Shown: positions 27,717 through 38,045, counted from the stretch's first letter. The stretch: 64,000 bases of DNA from an uncultured Clostridia bacterium (GCA_947366545.1 CANBAL010000004.1:29136-93135), one strand, 5' to 3'. The notes: a model not told the origin generated them from the letters alone. Made by a program: numbers and translations.

Positions 27717-28857
27717 CAAACATACCTTTTTAGTTGTCCTTCTTGTACTCATGCTGGTGACCTTTGGTTGCATCATGGTTTACAGCGCAAGTTTTTATTC
27801 CGCCGAGTACCATTATGGCAACAAATATTTCTTTCTATTTAAACAACTTTTAGGGGTGGTTTTAGGAGTGGCGGCACTTATCTTTTTTGCCTTCTTTGAT
27901 TATCATCTTCTAAAAAAATACAAGTGGTGGATTTACGCGATTACTATGGCTTTACTTGCACTTGTTTTTGTCCCTCACATAGGTGTGGAAAGTTACGGTG
28001 CCAAACGCTGGGTGTCAATACTGGGATTTTCTGTGCAGCCTTCAGAAATTGCTAAATTTGCACTTGTTATCTTTGCGGCGAGCCACCTCTCCGACAACCA
28101 TGAAAAAGCAAAAACTTTGAAGGGGTTGTTCCCTGTGCTATGTGTGGCAGGGTCTATCTGCGTCATGGTGATTTTGGAGCCAAGTATGTCTGTCACCATG
28201 TGTATTGCGTTTGTCACACTCTTTATGCTTATCATTGGCGGTATGAGTAAGAAACACACCCTAATGTTTTCGGTGCCAGCGGCGGCGTTTGTGCCACTTC
28301 TTATTGTACTCGAGCCGTATAGACTTAAAAGGCTTATGGCATTTCTCGACCCTTGGGCATCGCCGCAGGGGGAAGGCTTTCAACTTATTCAATCACTTTA
28401 TTCACTTGGCTCGGGCGGCTGGTTTGGAGTGGGAATTTTTAATTCACGACAAAAGTTTTTATTTCTGCCTTTTGCGGAAAGCGACTTCATTCTTTCCATA
28501 ATCGGGGAAGAGGTGGGCTTTATTGGTACAGTGCTTCTTATGTGTGTATTTTTGGCGCTCGTGTTATCTCTCGCAAAAATTGCACTTAATGCCAAGGATA
28601 GGTTTGGTGCGATGCTTGTAAGTGGGGTGGCATTTGTAATAGGGGTGCAGACGCTACTCAATATTGCGGTGGTGACAGGCAGTATTCCGCCAACAGGCTT
28701 GCCACTTCCATTCATTTCAAGTGGCGGAACAAGTGTTATGGCGTTTATGGCGGCGATTGGTATGTGTATAAATGTTTGGCGTCAGCGCAATAAAGAGCCT
28801 TCAAAGGGATTATTAAAACTGCCTTTCAATTTAAGAAAAACAAGGGGGAAAGCATAG
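27700..28857 (+). CDS. spoVE: SEDS-family peptidoglycan polymerase (FtsW/SpoVE)
   Basis: Polytopic protein with GAKRW, QPSE and PLPFISSGGTS motifs. The likely start is the TTG at 27700, after AAGGAGG. The listed 27586 start overlaps murD by 130 nt. The spoVE assignment rests on cluster position only. Confidence 0.8.
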   Translation: MKRKFDKHTFLVVLLVLMLVTFGCIMVYSASFYSAEYHYGNKYFFLFKQLLGVVLGVAALIFFAFFDYHLLKKYKWWIYAITMALLALVFVPHIGVESYGAKRWVSILGFSVQPSEIAKFALVIFAASHLSDNHEKAKTLKGLFPVLCVAGSICVMVILEPSMSVTMCIAFVTLFMLIIGGMSKKHTLMFSVPAAAFVPLLIVLEPYRLKRLMAFLDPWASPQGEGFQLIQSLYSLGSGGWFGVGIFNSRQKFLFLPFAESDFILSIIGEEVGFIGTVLLMCVFLALVLSLAKIALNAKDRFGAMLVSGVAFVIGVQTLLNIAVVTGSIPPTGLPLPFISSGGTSVMAFMAAIGMCINVWRQRNKEPSKGLLKLPFNLRKTRGKA

Positions 28858-28921
28858 CCAGGCTATGCTTTTTTAAACAAATATTCACTTTTTTCATACA
28901 TATATATGTATAGGAGTGCAT

Positions 28922-30181
28922 ATGCAAAGATTTTACATAAAAAGCGGGAATAGTTTAAAAGGTGCGTTAACGGTGGACACTGCCAAAAATGCCTTGCTAC
29001 CGATTTTGGCTGCCTCAATTATGGTGGAGGGTGAGGTAACCATTTTGAAGGCAACAAGATACTCCGACATAGATGCTATGTGTGATATTTTATCTTATTT
29101 AGGGGCGGTAATAAAGTGGCAGGAGGACACCCTTATTATTGACGGGAGCGGAATTAATGGGAGTGATATCACCCTAAGTCAATCGAGTAAACTTCGGGCC
29201 TCTATCTTTGCACTAGGACCCCTTCTTGCAAGGCAAAAGATTGCCAAGGTGGCTTATCCTGGGGGCTGTGACATCGGGGTGCGTCCAATAGATATACATA
29301 TAAGTGGACTTAAAGCTATGGGGGCACACATCATTGAAAAAAATGGCTTTATTTATGCGAATGGCAAGAACATGAAAGGCGGAGATATTGCACTCAGTTT
29401 TCCTAGTGTGGGAGCCACGGAAAATCTTATGATGGCTGCCGTGCTTACCAAGGGAAAAACAAGGCTATTTAATGTGGCAAAAGAGCCGGAGATTGTTGAC
29501 TTGCAAGCATTCCTTAACAGTTGCGGCGCAAAAATATCTGGTGCGGGGAGTGACTGCATTACTATTGAAGGCGTGAAAAGGCTAAACAAAAAAGTAACTT
29601 ACCAAGCCATTTCTGACAGAATTATTACGGGAACACATTTACTTGCGTGTGCCATGTGTGGAGGAAAAATAACTTTAAATAATGTAAATCCCTCTCATAA
29701 TGACGCTTTAATTTCTTATCTTCGTAAATCTGCTTGCCAGCTTGATATAAAAAATGATAAAATAACTATGAAATCACAGGGACGACTTAAAAGTTTTGGT
29801 GAGGTGGAAACCGCGACCTATCCTGGAGTACCTACCGATTTGCAGGCACAGATTATGGCCTTACAGTGCATAAGTGAGGGGTCTTGCATGATAGTGGAAA
29901 ACTTATTTGAGTCAAGATTTAAGCATGTGCCAGAACTTATTAAACTTGGCGGCGACATTAGGTGCAAAAACAACATTTGCTTTATCAGTGGGAAGGAAAA
30001 ACTCTATGGTGCCACTGTTTTGGCTAAGGACCTTAGAGGTGGCGCAGGGTTGGTGCTTGCGGGACTGGTGGCTGACGGTTACACCACGGTTGAGGGTATA
30101 GGCTATATAGACAGAGGCTATTATAAACTAGAAAATCAGTTAAGGCTGTTAGGTGCCGATATTACAAGGGAGGAGTTTTGA
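28922..30181 (+). CDS. murA: UDP-N-acetylglucosamine 1-carboxyvinyltransferase
   Basis: N-terminus ...GALTVDTAKNALLPILAAS, active-site Cys loop YPGGCDIGVRPID, about 420 aa. Confidence 0.9.
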   Translation: MQRFYIKSGNSLKGALTVDTAKNALLPILAASIMVEGEVTILKATRYSDIDAMCDILSYLGAVIKWQEDTLIIDGSGINGSDITLSQSSKLRASIFALGPLLARQKIAKVAYPGGCDIGVRPIDIHISGLKAMGAHIIEKNGFIYANGKNMKGGDIALSFPSVGATENLMMAAVLTKGKTRLFNVAKEPEIVDLQAFLNSCGAKISGAGSDCITIEGVKRLNKKVTYQAISDRIITGTHLLACAMCGGKITLNNVNPSHNDALISYLRKSACQLDIKNDKITMKSQGRLKSFGEVETATYPGVPTDLQAQIMALQCISEGSCMIVENLFESRFKHVPELIKLGGDIRCKNNICFISGKEKLYGATVLAKDLRGGAGLVLAGLVADGYTTVEGIGYIDRGYYKLENQLRLLGADITREEF

Positions 30182-31053
30182 AGAAAAAGCTAGTGATAAT
30201 TTTATCTGCATTAGGCGGTGTGGTGGCAGTTTTCGTTATTCTTTGTTTCACCCTCTTTTCCTTGAAAACAGTGGAGGTGGATTTCCGAACAAGCACCGCT
30301 GTTTTGACTGGACAAGCACAAGAAATAGTGGAAAGCGGTGAGTTTGGCTATGGCGGCAGCGTGCTTTTTATGGGCAAAAAAAATCCTACTGCAAAAATAG
30401 AAAAATCTTTTCCTTATATCAAAGTAATAAATATTGAAACGGTGTTTCCTTCAAAATATGTCATCCATGTAAGTGAAAGGCAGCAGGTTTATGCGCTTGA
30501 ACTTAATGAAAAAGTTTATATTTGCGATGAAGATTTTAAAGTGCTTGAGGTTAAAGAAGGTAGATATGAGGACCTTGAGACAAAGCCTATTTTATTTAAG
30601 GGACTTAGGGTAAATAATTCAAATGCTGTTGCTGGTGAGTTTTTGGATGTAGAAAACAAAGTGGATGTCTATTCCGCATTTGTGAAAAACAACAGGTTGT
30701 TACATGAACAAATGTCCATAATTGAAAGTATTGAGACGGGAGTTATGAAAAATGACATTAATGTTCAGGAGCAATATCTTGCCATAAAGACTTATAGCGG
30801 CCAGACTTTTATACTTAAAAACGCAGTGGACAGGCTGGAATACAAAGTTATGCATATGCTTAGGGTGTATTCACAGATTTATTCACTTATTGGCAGCGCA
30901 ATAGATAGGGATGACCTCGCCGAGGGAGATAATGTTTGGACAAAGGAAAAACTTGACAGTGCTAGGGTGGAAATAAGGAGTTTCTATTTGCCAGAGGGAC
31001 ATGAGGAAAGTGATATGAGAATAGACATATATCCACAAAATATGGACAATTAA
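30178..31053 (+). CDS. ftsQ: Cell division protein FtsQ/DivIB
   Basis: TTG start after GGGAGGAG. It is bitopic (LVIILSALGGVVAVFVILCFTLF) with a POTRA-like region, and sits directly before ftsA-ftsZ. Confidence 0.7.
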   Translation: MKKKLVIILSALGGVVAVFVILCFTLFSLKTVEVDFRTSTAVLTGQAQEIVESGEFGYGGSVLFMGKKNPTAKIEKSFPYIKVINIETVFPSKYVIHVSERQQVYALELNEKVYICDEDFKVLEVKEGRYEDLETKPILFKGLRVNNSNAVAGEFLDVENKVDVYSAFVKNNRLLHEQMSIIESIETGVMKNDINVQEQYLAIKTYSGQTFILKNAVDRLEYKVMHMLRVYSQIYSLIGSAIDRDDLAEGDNVWTKEKLDSARVEIRSFYLPEGHEESDMRIDIYPQNMDN

Positions 31054-31105
31054 TTTGACAAACAGATAAAAAATCACTAAACTTAGTATATAAAGGGGCA
31101 AATAT

Positions 31106-32227
31106 ATGACAAAAGATTATGTTTTGGTACTTGATATTGGTTCATCAAAACTCCGTGTTATGCGTGCCGGCGAGGGGGTAAACAACACCTTCACCCTTAA
31201 AGGTTATGCAGAAAGCGAATATGACGGCTATTATGAAGGTCGATTTTTAAATCCCGATGCGATAGGTGACTGCATACGGGGGCTTTTAAATGAATTGGAT
31301 ATCGAAGCAAGCAAAAATGATAGTAAGATATATATTGGCGTGCCAAGTGAGTTCTCTTCCGTGGTTTGCACAACAGCGACTTATAACCTTGGAGAGAGAC
31401 GAAAGGTAAGAAAAAGCGATATTGACAACCTTTTCTATACCGCTGGCGAAAAAGCCAAGAGTGAGAATGTTGAGATAGTGAGTGTTAATCCGATTTCATA
31501 TAAACTTGACGAAGGACGGCTGTCAAATAATCCTATTGGGGAGCAGGCGACAAGTATTCTTGCAGAATTATCAATCATTTACAGCGTAAAAGGGTTTATC
31601 GACCTTTTCAACAGAATTGTTGCAAGTTTAGGGTTTGAAAGTGTGGAGTATATTTCAGAGCCTCTTGCAGAAGGGCTGTTTGTAGTAAGCAAGGAAGAAC
31701 GCGAAAACCTTAACATGGTGATTAATGTGGGCGACCTTACAACAAATGTTTCCTTTATAAAAGGAGAGGGACTTGCCTCACTTGCTTCCTTCTCTATAGG
31801 CGGGGGACACATTACAAATGACTTATCAGAGGCCTTTGACTTATCACTTGCAGAGGCAGACAGGTTGAAAAAGCAGATTATTCTTTCCTTAAAAGGCAAA
31901 AATAACGACTTTTATGAACTTATGACCGACAATGGTAGGGTGATTAAGATACCACTTAACACCGCAAACGATATTGTGGCGTCAAGGATAGAAATCATTG
32001 CCAGTGCGGTAAGCCAGTGTGTACAACTATTCTCGTCGCAGTTTATTTCCTATCTGCCAGTATTCTTGACAGGGGCGGGAATAAGCCTTATCAAAGGCGG
32101 AAGAGATTATCTTGCAAAGTGCCTTGGCCGCAATGTTTCCTATGGTGTGCCACCACTTCCAAGCAAAGATAAACCTCAAAATGCCTCTATTTACTCATTA
32201 GTTGCCTCTGCACTTGGCAAGGTTTAA
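31106..32227 (+). CDS. ftsA: Cell division protein FtsA (short form)
   Basis: Actin-fold phosphate-1 motif VLDIGSSKLRV. The position upstream of ftsZ fits. At 373 aa it is shorter than typical FtsA. Confidence 0.75.
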   Translation: MTKDYVLVLDIGSSKLRVMRAGEGVNNTFTLKGYAESEYDGYYEGRFLNPDAIGDCIRGLLNELDIEASKNDSKIYIGVPSEFSSVVCTTATYNLGERRKVRKSDIDNLFYTAGEKAKSENVEIVSVNPISYKLDEGRLSNNPIGEQATSILAELSIIYSVKGFIDLFNRIVASLGFESVEYISEPLAEGLFVVSKEERENLNMVINVGDLTTNVSFIKGEGLASLASFSIGGGHITNDLSEAFDLSLAEADRLKKQIILSLKGKNNDFYELMTDNGRVIKIPLNTANDIVASRIEIIASAVSQCVQLFSSQFISYLPVFLTGAGISLIKGGRDYLAKCLGRNVSYGVPPLPSKDKPQNASIYSLVASALGKV

Positions 32228-32352
32228 TGAGTAAATATAAATAAAAATGAAAAAATATACATAAAAATTGAAAATTATACAGCGATTTATTTGCAAAAAA
32301 TGAAACAATGTATTAAAATATAGTTAAATAAAAGGGACAAGGAGCAAAATTT

Positions 32353-33534
32353 ATGGAAAATATGAACACTTCAGTCGCAAAAATCAAGGTCGTTGGCGTT
32401 GGTGGCGCTGGGAATAATGCTATCAATCGTATGATTGATGCAGGTGTTAGTTCTGCTGAGTTCGTGGCAGTAAACACCGACAAACAAACCTTACTTGTAA
32501 GCAAGGCGGAAACAAGACTTCAAATCGGTGAGAGACTTACTGGTGGCCTTGGTGCAGGAGCAAATCCTGAAATTGGACAAAAAGCTGCAGAGGAGAGCAA
32601 ATCTTCTATTACTGAAATGCTTAAAGGTACAAACCTTGTTTTCATTACTGCTGGACTTGGTGGCGGCTCTGGTTCTGGTGCGGCACCAGTTATTGCGCAG
32701 ATTTCAAAAGAACTTGGAATTCTTACCATTGCGGTGGTAACTAAACCTTTCGGGTTTGAAGGACCTGTTAGAGCAAAAAATGCTGACAAGGCGCTTGAAA
32801 ACCTTAGAAAATATGTGGATGCCCTTGTGGTTATTCCTAACGAGAAGTTACTCCAAATTGTTCCTAAAAAGACTCCTATTACTGAATCATTCAGATTCGC
32901 TGACGATGTACTTAGACAAGGCGTACAAGGTATTAGTGATCTTATCGTATTCCCTGGACTTATTAACCTCGACTTTGCCGATGTGACAACCATTATGAAA
33001 AACAAGGGACTTGCACATATGGGCATTGGTTATGGTCAAGGAGAGAACAAAGCACTTGACGCTGTTAAACAAGCTGTGGCAAGTCCACTTCTTGAAACTA
33101 CCATTGAAGGTGCTACTGGCCTTCTTATCAACATCAAGGGCGGAAATGACCTTACTCAAGATGATATGAGCGAGGCCGCTGCACTTGTAAGAGAGGTGGT
33201 TGACGAAAACTGCAACATCATTCTTGGTACAAGCATTGATGAAAACATGCATGATGAAGTTGAAATCACATTGATTGCCACTGGTTTTCCTCTTAGCGAA
33301 GAGGCAAAAGAGAACTCTACAGTTGCTGGTGCGAGAAGCATTGGCAATATGGGAGAAAAGAAAGAGCCTTCTCCTTCAGCAAGAAGCATTTTCAGTGGAT
33401 ATGCACAACAAGCAAAAATGGAAGAAAAACCAGAAGTGTCTGTAACACCTAATAACAGCATGGGCTCATCTAGAGTTGAAGTTGATTCTACCGTTCCACC
33501 TTGGATTGAAAAACTTAGAAAAAACAAGAAGTAA
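32353..33534 (+). CDS. ftsZ: Cell division GTPase FtsZ
   Basis: GVGGAGNNAINRM, the tubulin signature GLGGGSGSGAAP and a C-terminal conserved peptide (PPWIEKLRK). Confidence 0.97.
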   Translation: MENMNTSVAKIKVVGVGGAGNNAINRMIDAGVSSAEFVAVNTDKQTLLVSKAETRLQIGERLTGGLGAGANPEIGQKAAEESKSSITEMLKGTNLVFITAGLGGGSGSGAAPVIAQISKELGILTIAVVTKPFGFEGPVRAKNADKALENLRKYVDALVVIPNEKLLQIVPKKTPITESFRFADDVLRQGVQGISDLIVFPGLINLDFADVTTIMKNKGLAHMGIGYGQGENKALDAVKQAVASPLLETTIEGATGLLINIKGGNDLTQDDMSEAAALVREVVDENCNIILGTSIDENMHDEVEITLIATGFPLSEEAKENSTVAGARSIGNMGEKKEPSPSARSIFSGYAQQAKMEEKPEVSVTPNNSMGSSRVEVDSTVPPWIEKLRKNKK

Positions 33535-33565
33535 TTAATAGTTTTTAACTTAAAAGTAAAGTGTA

Positions 33566-33600
33566 AAATCTGGAAGAAAAATTCTTCCAGATTTTTTTCA
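33566..33600 (+). terminator. Intrinsic terminator after ftsZ
   Basis: Hairpin ATCTGGAAG (33568-33576) / CTTCCAGAT (33584-33592) followed by a T-run. Confidence 0.8.
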
Positions 33601-33693
33601 TGTTTGCAATATTCGCGGAAAAGTGCCACTCTAGGGCATATTTCTTCTTTAAGTTAAACCTTTTATTTTATAAAATATATTAAAGAGGCTTAG

Positions 33694-34503
33694 ATGGAAA
33701 TTATTATCGAATTGTCGTTTTGTATTAATTTCATAATAAACGCTTTTATAATCCGATTGACTGGCCTTTTTCTCAAAGAAAGGGCAAGGCTATGGTGGCT
33801 TGGTGCCATTATAGGGGCGGTGATTGCCTTAATCTTGCCACTATTTCATTTAAGTGCAATTTTTACCATACTTATTGAGCTGTTTCTTGCAAGCCTTCTT
33901 GTTGCAATATCCTTCTCCTTTAAGAAGTTTAAAAGGTTTTTGATTATACTTGCTTCATTTATTGGGATCACTTTTATTTTTGGTGGGGGATGTTACGCAT
34001 TTAAAGAGGCTTTTGGACAGATTTCACTTTTATGTGTGCTGCTTGTTGCAAGCATAATCGACATAGTTGCAACTATGGTGCTGAAATGGAGAAACAAGAC
34101 AAGAATAATTGACACATTTTCCTACTCCGTGAAATTTAAACTTGGGGAAAAAGAGGTCGAAGAGGAAGGGTATCTTGATAGCGGAAACATGCTTTATGAC
34201 CCTATTACAAAAAAACCTATTATTCTTATTACTTATGAGGTATTTTCCAAGTTTTACCAAGATATTAATTATTTGAGTGCTTTTTTAAAAAATGTTGATG
34301 TAAACAAACTTCGCAATGGCCACTACATAAAAATAAACTCTATCGCAAGTGGCACCAACATTTTAGTCTTTACGGTGGACAGGCTTGAGGTGAGAAAAGA
34401 GGATAAGGTAAAAAGCTATGATAATGTGGCAATCGGACTTTCTTTTTCGGGTTTTGAAAAAGGGTGTGGCAGACAGGTGCTTCTTCATAGCGAACTTATA
34501 TAG
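33694..34503 (+). CDS. spoIIGA: Sigma-E processing peptidase SpoIIGA
   Basis: Five N-terminal TM helices and an aspartic protease motif LDSGN (GYLDSGNMLYDPITKKPI). It sits immediately upstream of sigE. Confidence 0.85.
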   Translation: MEIIIELSFCINFIINAFIIRLTGLFLKERARLWWLGAIIGAVIALILPLFHLSAIFTILIELFLASLLVAISFSFKKFKRFLIILASFIGITFIFGGGCYAFKEAFGQISLLCVLLVASIIDIVATMVLKWRNKTRIIDTFSYSVKFKLGEKEVEEEGYLDSGNMLYDPITKKPIILITYEVFSKFYQDINYLSAFLKNVDVNKLRNGHYIKINSIASGTNILVFTVDRLEVRKEDKVKSYDNVAIGLSFSGFEKGCGRQVLLHSELI

Positions 34504-34512
34504 GAGGGGGAC

Positions 34513-35235
34513 ATGAAACTATTATTTAAAATAAAATTATTCTTTTACAATTTGACACACAAAAAAGGCTTTTTTAATGTCAAAAACATTGTTTGCTTTA
34601 TTGCGAATGAGCCTTTGCCTCAGCCGTTGCCGGCGGAAGAAGAGGAAAGGCTTTTGATTGCAAAGGAGTACGGCGATAACGACGCCTATGAAAAGCTTAT
34701 ACAACACAATTTGAGGCTTGTTGTGTATATTGCAAAAAAGTTTGATAGCTCGGGTATGGAAACCGAGGACCTTTTCTCGATAGGTTCGGTAGGGCTTATC
34801 AAGGCAATAAAAACCTTTAAACTTGATAAAAACATTCGTCTTGCTACTTATGCTTCACGATGTATAGAAAACGAAATTCTTATGCAACTTCGAAAATTTA
34901 ACAAGATTAAAAGTACGATTAGTCTTGAAAAACCTCTTCACACCGACAATGAGGGGAACGAACTTTGCCTTGAAGATATCCTGCCTGCTGACGGTGATGT
35001 GCTTGACAAGGAGGTAAATCAATCCGCCGATAAAAAGATAATTTACGACATTCTTTCTAAGTTAAATTTGCGAGAACAGGAAATAATCATTTTAAGATAT
35101 GGTCTTGCTGGTGAGGACGAGCTTACACAGAAAGAAGTGGCAGACAAACTTAGAATTAGCCAAAGTTACATTTCTCGTCTTGAGAAAAAGATTTTAAAAG
35201 AAATGCGTAAAGAATACGATAAGCAGATGCTATAA
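34513..35235 (+). CDS. sigE: Sporulation sigma factor E (pro-sigma-E)
   Basis: Pro-sequence followed by PLPQPLPAEEEERLL...HNLRLVVYIAKKF. Region 4.2 has ISQSYISRLEKKIL. Confidence 0.9.
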   Translation: MKLLFKIKLFFYNLTHKKGFFNVKNIVCFIANEPLPQPLPAEEEERLLIAKEYGDNDAYEKLIQHNLRLVVYIAKKFDSSGMETEDLFSIGSVGLIKAIKTFKLDKNIRLATYASRCIENEILMQLRKFNKIKSTISLEKPLHTDNEGNELCLEDILPADGDVLDKEVNQSADKKIIYDILSKLNLREQEIIILRYGLAGEDELTQKEVADKLRISQSYISRLEKKILKEMRKEYDKQML

Positions 35236-35341
35236 AAAATTCATATAAATTTGCCGAAAAAGCACCTTCTTTGCAATTTTTTGTCACCCGTGTATTATTT
35301 CCTCCTTAGTGATAAACAATATATTCGCTTAAGGAGGTTTT

Positions 35342-36115
35342 ATGGCTTCACGAGTCTTTATTGCGGGGGTTGATACTTCTAGTCTGCCTAAAATAAGCAG
35401 CAGCGATATGCTTGAACTGATGAAAAAAGTAAAAAGTGGGGATGAATACGCCCGTGAATGTTTTGTTGTCGCAAACCTTAGGCTTGTACTTTCTGTAGTG
35501 CATAGATTTGGCGCCAAAGGCGACAAGGCGGATGACATGTTTCAGGTTGGCTGTGTTGGTCTTATGAAAGCGATAGATAATTTTGATGAGTCGCTAAATG
35601 TTAAATTTTCGACTTACGCTGTGCCTATGATTATAGGCGAGATAAGACGATTTTTGCGGGATAATAATTCTGTAAGGGTATCGCGTAGTTTACGCGATGT
35701 TGCGTATAGGGCGCTTCAAGCCAAGGATGAACTGGCAAAGGTGAGTGTTGAGGAGCCTAGTATTGACGAAATTGCAAAACTTATTGATGTGCCTTCAAAG
35801 ACCGTCACATTTGCACTTGATGCGATAAGCGATACGGTGTCTTTAAATGAGCCTATCTATACTGACGGCACAGACACTATTCACCTTCTTGACCAAATTG
35901 CCGATGTTAAGCAAAGCGATGATGCACTTCATGAAAAGATTTCAATAAACGATGCAATAAAAACTCTTTCAGGAAGGGAAAAAGAAATTCTTTTAATGAG
36001 GTACTATATTGGCAAAACGCAAATGGAAGTGAGTGAGGAAATTGGTATTAGTCAGGCACAGGTTTCCCGCCTTGAAAAGAATGCTTTGAAGTCAATAAAG
36101 GAGTTTTTAACTTAA
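35342..36115 (+). CDS. sigG: Sporulation sigma factor G
   Basis: NLRLVLSVVHRF, and region 4.2 has ISQAQVSRLEKNAL. It is located after sigE, as in other endospore formers. Confidence 0.85.
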   Translation: MASRVFIAGVDTSSLPKISSSDMLELMKKVKSGDEYARECFVVANLRLVLSVVHRFGAKGDKADDMFQVGCVGLMKAIDNFDESLNVKFSTYAVPMIIGEIRRFLRDNNSVRVSRSLRDVAYRALQAKDELAKVSVEEPSIDEIAKLIDVPSKTVTFALDAISDTVSLNEPIYTDGTDTIHLLDQIADVKQSDDALHEKISINDAIKTLSGREKEILLMRYYIGKTQMEVSEEIGISQAQVSRLEKNALKSIKEFLT

Positions 36116-36154
36116 TTTGTAATTTTTTATAGGGAATGGACATATCATTTAAAT

Positions 36155-36451
36155 GTGGAATGTTCATTTTTAGAGTTAAGATGCAAAGAAGTTGTTAATG
36201 TTGTGGACGGGAGAAAACTTGGACATATGGTGGATATGGTTATCGACCTTATGTCGGCAAGGGTGCTTGGCATTGTTGTGCCAGACGGCAAATCTTTTTG
36301 GAATGTTTTTAAATCCTCCTCACAACTTTTTATTCCCTTTAATTGCATTGTAAAGATTGGTGAGGATGCAATACTTGTAGAACTTCGCGGCTCGGCGCCG
36401 CCAGCAAATCCGTATATACTCGCTCAAAGCGAAGATAAAAAAGATAAATAA
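36155..36451 (+). CDS. ylmC: YlmC/YmxH-family sporulation protein (PRC barrel)
   Basis: The segment ELRCKEVVNVVDGRKLGHMVDMVIDL...ARVLGIVVP matches the YlmC/YmxH pattern. It uses a GTG start. Confidence 0.7.
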   Translation: MECSFLELRCKEVVNVVDGRKLGHMVDMVIDLMSARVLGIVVPDGKSFWNVFKSSSQLFIPFNCIVKIGEDAILVELRGSAPPANPYILAQSEDKKDK

Positions 36452-36475
36452 AAAAGGTGCCATTTGGCATCTTTT

Positions 36476-37516
36476 TTATTCTGATTCGGTTTTGTTTTCC
36501 TTTTCCATGGCTTTAATTTCTTCAAGCACTTTGGTCATTAAAATTATTTCAGGTGAGTTTGGTATAAGGTCATATTCAATGCCTTGTTCAATGGCGAGTG
36601 TGCGCCTTTTTTCAAGGAATAATTGATGTTTACAGAATAAAACATTTTTAAGCATTGGTTTGTCGTACTGTGAAATTGCCTCCCTGATGCTTAATTCTGG
36701 GTTTTTCCTAATCTCCTCCAATGTTTTATCATAAGGGGACTGTAAAGTTTCTAGTTCGTTGAGAACAATATCAAGTTTAGTTATATTTTCCTCCATGGTT
36801 TTGCTTTGTTTTACCAGTTTTGTGTACTCAGGAGTTTTGTTTTCTTCTGGGTGAATATCTGCCCGAAATTCCACATATGGATCTGTATTTAAAACTTTTT
36901 CAATTTGTTCGGCACCTAGGTTATTTAAAATTTTATCAATTCTTTGTTTTTGTAAGGTCAGTTGATTACGCATTTTGGTAAGTTTTAATTTGATAAAATC
37001 AAGGTTTCCGCCCTTTGCCACATATTCTTCGCAGGCATTTTTTAACAATTGTCTGTTATCTTCCCATTCCTTTTCGCATGGAAGATAAGCACCTATGAAC
37101 ATTTGTAACATGAAGGTTGGGTTGAATCTGTTTTCAACTTCATACCAACTATCTGCGATATTTTGAGGCTTTTTCCTTGGGTACAAAGATTCTGGACCTT
37201 CTGCATTACGCACAAAAATTTCTCCATCGAAAATTATTGTTTCTATGTCTTCAAAGTCATTGACTGTTGTCGCTTTCCAGCACTTTGAGAACGCTTTTTT
37301 AGGAGAATATGTACGAGGATTGAAAGCATATGGATTATCCATAATACGCCAATTATATTCCATTAAGAGGCTTAATGATTTAACAAAGTCTGATTGTAAA
37401 TACAATGAACTTTCTGGAATGCTGGATTCGTCAGTCCAGATATCTGTATCAAGTTCAGAGTTAAATTCTTTATTTGCACTTTCAACATCTTCAGGATAAA
37501 ATGTGTAATATTTCAT
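36476..37516 (-). CDS. Hypothetical protein (346 aa), no recognisable domain
   Basis: The ATG at 37516 follows the RBS AAGGAGAAAAG. The listed 37573 start runs through the promoter. The N-terminal half is Trp/Tyr-rich, the C-terminal half looks like coiled coil and the tail is acidic. Confidence 0.7.
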   Translation of the reverse strand: MKYYTFYPEDVESANKEFNSELDTDIWTDESSIPESSLYLQSDFVKSLSLLMEYNWRIMDNPYAFNPRTYSPKKAFSKCWKATTVNDFEDIETIIFDGEIFVRNAEGPESLYPRKKPQNIADSWYEVENRFNPTFMLQMFIGAYLPCEKEWEDNRQLLKNACEEYVAKGGNLDFIKLKLTKMRNQLTLQKQRIDKILNNLGAEQIEKVLNTDPYVEFRADIHPEENKTPEYTKLVKQSKTMEENITKLDIVLNELETLQSPYDKTLEEIRKNPELSIREAISQYDKPMLKNVLFCKHQLFLEKRRTLAIEQGIEYDLIPNSPEIILMTKVLEEIKAMEKENKTESE

Positions 37517-37535
37517 TTCTTTTCTCCTTACAATT

Positions 37536-37563
37536 ATTATATCACATTTTGGCGAAAAGTCAA
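37536..37563 (-). promoter_or_regulatory. Sigma-A promoter (extended -10) of the 346-aa orphan
   Basis: The minus strand reads TTGACT, a 16-nt spacer ending in TGa, then TATAAT. Confidence 0.6.
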
Positions 37564-37601
37564 TATTAGGCATAAAAAAAGAGTGGTTTTAAAGCACTCT
37601 T

Positions 37602-38045
37602 TTACATTTCTTCTAACAGTTTCTTGAAACTTGTGATGTCCTTAAACTGGCGATATACAGACGCAAACCTTACATATGCCACCTCATCAAGGTCTTTAAG
37701 TGCGTTCATAACCATTTCGCCTATCTCACTTGACCTGACCTCTTGTTTTAATCCGTTTTGAAGGTTCTTTTCAATTTCCATAGCCACGGATTCAATTTGG
37801 CTTAGTGATACAGGGCGTTTTTCACAAGCCTTAATCATACCATTGAGTATTTTTGCTCTATCAAAAGGCTGTCTTGAGCCGTCTGTTTTTACCACGAGTA
37901 TAGGGGTGGTTTCCACTGTCTCATAGGTGGTGAAACGCCTTCCGCAATGTAGGCACTCCCTTCTTCTTCTGATTGAATTTGTTTCCTCTGTGCTTCGGCT
38001 GTCAAGCACCTTACTTTCTTCACAACCACAATATATACATTTCAT
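37602..38045 (-). CDS. nrdR: Transcriptional repressor NrdR
   Basis: [18 protein letters not shown]...[17 protein letters not shown] zinc ribbon plus an ATP-cone. Confidence 0.95.
   Translation of the reverse strand: MKCIYCGCEESKVLDSRSTEETNSIRRRRECLHCGRRFTTYETVETTPILVVKTDGSRQPFDRAKILNGMIKACEKRPVSLSQIESVAMEIEKNLQNGLKQEVRSSEIGEMVMNALKDLDEVAYVRFASVYRQFKDITSFKKLLEEM

Noticed and set aside
35236-35341. A possible forespore (sigma-F/G) promoter upstream of sigG (TGTATT ... GATAAACAATA).
   Set aside because: The resemblance to the sigma-F/G consensus is loose and I cannot fix the spacing with confidence. It is not reported as a feature.
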